Source: Fibrobacterota bacterium (GTDB taxonomy: Bacteria > Fibrobacterota > Fibrobacteria > UBA5070). Taken from it: a stretch of 59,986 nucleotides of DNA. Under the pieces are notes generated by a model that made no database searches, had not been told where the DNA came from, and saw only the letters and a list, made by a program, of their open reading frames with translations. The stretch covers positions 1 to 59,986 of the forward strand of contig JBDKGS010000002.1 of NCBI GenBank assembly GCA_039798065.1, in the 5' to 3' direction. Position 1 is the stretch's first letter. Each line of letters opens with the position of its first letter. Position numbers and translations under genes: made by a program. Positions 57,966 to 59,986 of the stretch are shown piece after piece.

Positions 57966-58502
57966 CTACCTGAGCAGCGATTTTCGGATCTGCAACCTCG
58001 CACGATGCAACCTGGCCTTGGCGCTTTCGCGGGTGAGGCTCAAGGCTTGCGCTACCTCGCCGATGGGGGTCTCCTGCACATCGACCTTAAGGACCATCTC
58101 CCGGTAGTGGTCGGGCAATTCCTGCAAGGCACGCGCGAGGTCCAACCGCAAATCTTCGGTGGGGAGTTCGGAAAAACGCAGATCGTCCTCGATGGACTCG
58201 ATGCCGGTTTCCGTTCCCCGCGCGCCCCGGCGCATCAAGCGCAGGCATTCGCGTTTGACCACGGTGAACAGCCAACTGGTGAGGGCCCCCAGCGTTCGAA
58301 CCCCGCCTACCTTGCGATACAACAGCCACAGCGATTCCTGCACGGCGTCGTGGATGTCGGAAACGTGGCAGGTGGACCTGGCGAACCGGCGAATGTCGGG
58401 TTGCGCCAAATCCAAAAGGGCAAGGAGAGCCTTCTCCTCGCCCCGCTGGGCCGCCTCCAACAGGCTTTCGGAAATCCGATTGGTGGCGTTCCGGGAGCTC
58501 AA
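57966..58502 (-). CDS. ECF-type RNA polymerase sigma factor
   Basis: 178 aa with region 2 'IHDAVQESLWLLYRK...WLFTVVKRECLRLMRR' and region 4 'LPDHYREMVLKVDVQETPIGEVAQALSLTRESAKARLHRAR'. Confidence 0.9.
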   Translation of the reverse strand: MSSRNATNRISESLLEAAQRGEEKALLALLDLAQPDIRRFARSTCHVSDIHDAVQESLWLLYRKVGGVRTLGALTSWLFTVVKRECLRLMRRGARGTETGIESIEDDLRFSELPTEDLRLDLARALQELPDHYREMVLKVDVQETPIGEVAQALSLTRESAKARLHRARLQIRKSLLR

Positions 58503-58705
58503 CGTTTATCGAGCTTTCGTCCCACCAGGGCGCACATCGGGCAGAAGCCGAAGAAACCTGTCATGCCGGTAAAGATACCGGTCGCGAGCAGGGACCCGGC
58601 GATGAGCGGGGGTTGGTGACTCACCAGCCCCACGACGGCGATGGCGACTCCGGCGACAACACGCAAGGCATATTCCCAAGCGGGGAGATTTTTGGTGTAG
58701 AACAT
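58499..58705 (-). CDS. DUF2892 (YgaP-like) small membrane protein
   Basis: 68 aa with 'R...G......G........L..TG..G.CP.Y/C' ('TGMTGFFGFCPMCALVG'). 4-nt overlap with the sigma factor gene. Confidence 0.7.
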   Translation of the reverse strand: MFYTKNLPAWEYALRVVAGVAIAVVGLVSHQPPLIAGSLLATGIFTGMTGFFGFCPMCALVGRKLDKR

Positions 58706-58885
58706 GGGTATGGATTTCTTTCGAAGAAGGAGTGGGAGAGGGAGCGCGCCATGTCAGCGGCCTTCGAAAGAGCAGAGGAGGCAAAAGGGGCGAAAAGGTT
58801 CGCGGAATTTTCGAAAGGAAGCGAATTGTGATAGCGGCCGCCTGGATGGAAAGCTTCTTGTTTTCCTTTTTGCGCCAAACAGAGT

Positions 58886-58936
58886 GCCCACACCTTGTAA
58901 AACACAATCGTCAATTGTGTTTTACAAGGTGTGGGC
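58886..58936. repeat. Perfect 23-bp inverted repeat with a 5-nt loop
   Basis: GCCCACACCTTGTAAAACACAAT-cgtca-ATTGTGTTTTACAAGGTGTGGGC. No flanking T-run on either strand. Confidence 0.9.
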
Positions 58937-58988
58937 CTATCGCTAGCTAGGGGTGTGGTGCCCGAGCCATCTCCGCCAAACTCACGCG

Positions 58989-59986
58989 TCAAAGAATGAC
59001 GTGCGGCACGAACCTCGACGTGTCGCGGGTCACCAGCGTGTCGTCTTCGCGCATGCCAATGCCGCAGGCGCGGTCGGCCACCACCCAGCTTCCCACCAAG
59101 GCGTAGCGTCCATCGAAGCAGGGGAGTGGATGGTACTCCTGCCGGATGGTGGGGCTGTCGCCGTAGGGGCCGTCGACAAAAATCGACCGTCCTAGGCCGG
59201 TGCGGATGTGGATGTTGGCGCCTTCGCGCGAGTGCAGCGGTTTGCGCACCCAGCCGGGCTCGAGCGTGGTCTGCGAGTCGGAATCGAAGAAGGCGGGCAA
59301 GAGGTTCGGGTGACCCCGATGCGCTTCCCACAACAACGGAAGGATCCCCTTGTTGGACAAGATCGCCTTCCACGGTGGCTCCAGCCAAAGCGTGGGACTT
59401 GTCGACAAATACCGTCCGAATTCTTCGGCGAACATCCATTCCCACGGGTACAGCTTGAACGCCCAGCGGATCATCTCGTCGGACGAATCGGTGTAGCGCC
59501 CCATGGCGTCGATGCCGATGGATTCGATGTTCTCGAACTTGGTGCGAAATCCCGCTTGGCTCGCCAGGTCCTGTAGGTATTGCGCCGTGCCGCGGTCCTC
59601 CACCGAATCGGCCACCGCCGCGAACACGAAGGCGGAGTCGGTGTCGGATCCTGTCGTGCCGGTCAGATTCCGCAGATGCGTGAACACGTCGACCAGGTCT
59701 TCCTGGATGCGGTTGTACTGGTCGGCGGAATTTGGCAGGTCGCCACGTTCCCGCATCTGCTCCAGCCACAGCCATTGGAACAAGGCAGCCTCGTACAGCG
59801 CCGTTGGCGTGTCGTAGTTCAGCTCCAACAGCTTGGCGGGGCCGCTACCGTCGTACGAAAAATCCATGCGGCCGTACAGATGCGGATCGCCGTTGCGCCA
59901 GGAATGGGCCACCAGATCGCGAAAGGCTTCGGGGATGGCCAGGCGCTCCATCATTTCCTGCGAGCGCACCACCTTGTCGACCAGGT
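58989..59986 (-). CDS. Glutathionylspermidine synthase-family (ATP-grasp amide ligase) protein; 5' end lies outside the window
   Basis: 'YGRMDFSYDG..PAKLLELNYDTPT', 'NKGILPLLWE..PGHPNLLPAFF', 'WVRKPLHSREGANI' and 'VGSWVV'. The frame is open to the window edge. Confidence 0.85.
   Translation of the reverse strand, partial: LVDKVVRSQEMMERLAIPEAFRDLVAHSWRNGDPHLYGRMDFSYDGSGPAKLLELNYDTPTALYEAALFQWLWLEQMRERGDLPNSADQYNRIQEDLVDVFTHLRNLTGTTGSDTDSAFVFAAVADSVEDRGTAQYLQDLASQAGFRTKFENIESIGIDAMGRYTDSSDEMIRWAFKLYPWEWMFAEEFGRYLSTSPTLWLEPPWKAILSNKGILPLLWEAHRGHPNLLPAFFDSDSQTTLEPGWVRKPLHSREGANIHIRTGLGRSIFVDGPYGDSPTIRQEYHPLPCFDGRYALVGSWVVADRACGIGMREDDTLVTRDTSRFVPHVIL

Noticed and set aside
57719-58003. 94-aa minus-strand ORF across the purT relic.
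   Set aside because: It is antisense to a segment clearly homologous to the purT 3' end. It has no RBS and overlaps the ECF sigma stop region.

Overview
About 60 kb of a high-GC chromosome from a diderm bacterium (it has Mla lipid transport, LpxL-type and EptA-type envelope genes). Most genes are on the minus strand.

Main blocks:
1. Left edge: the tail of a hybrid histidine kinase and an aminotransferase.
2. 1774-2081: a dense DnaA-box cluster.
3. 12702 down to 2121: a gap-free, 16-gene minus-strand run, rsmG-parA-parB-(degenerate LytM/M23)-bactofilin-atpZ/I-atpBEFHAGDC, closed by a clear terminator.
4. 12695-14677: a ~2-kb non-coding stretch upstream of rsmG with six canonical parS sites. 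Four of them are fused to a ~70-nt two-level hairpin whose stems covary. I consider this the most unusual element in the window.
5. Housekeeping genes: LpxL-like, GGCT, Hsp20, GlgA-like, MlaDEF, EngB and RecR.
6. Two surface-polysaccharide loci: Wzx, a GNAT/FemAB-like protein, an FdtA-like ketoisomerase and an O-acyltransferase; then four GT2, an EptA-like transferase and two paralogous GT-C-like membrane proteins.
7. Between those loci, a 1940-aa lipoprotein with 13 Ig-like repeats and a lower-GC RCC1 propeller.
8. miaB, a MASE1 hybrid kinase with an HTH-less sugar-binding-type partner, and purT.
9. 52.6-57.8 kb: a ~5.3-kb AT-richer island of secreted hydrolases, bracketed by diverged direct copies of the purT 3' end. 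A smaller insertion (DUF805 gene) is bracketed in the same way by copies of the miaB 5' end.

No rRNA, tRNA, CRISPR array, transposase or integrase was recognised. All calls come from reading the ORF translations and the DNA by eye. No database search was run.
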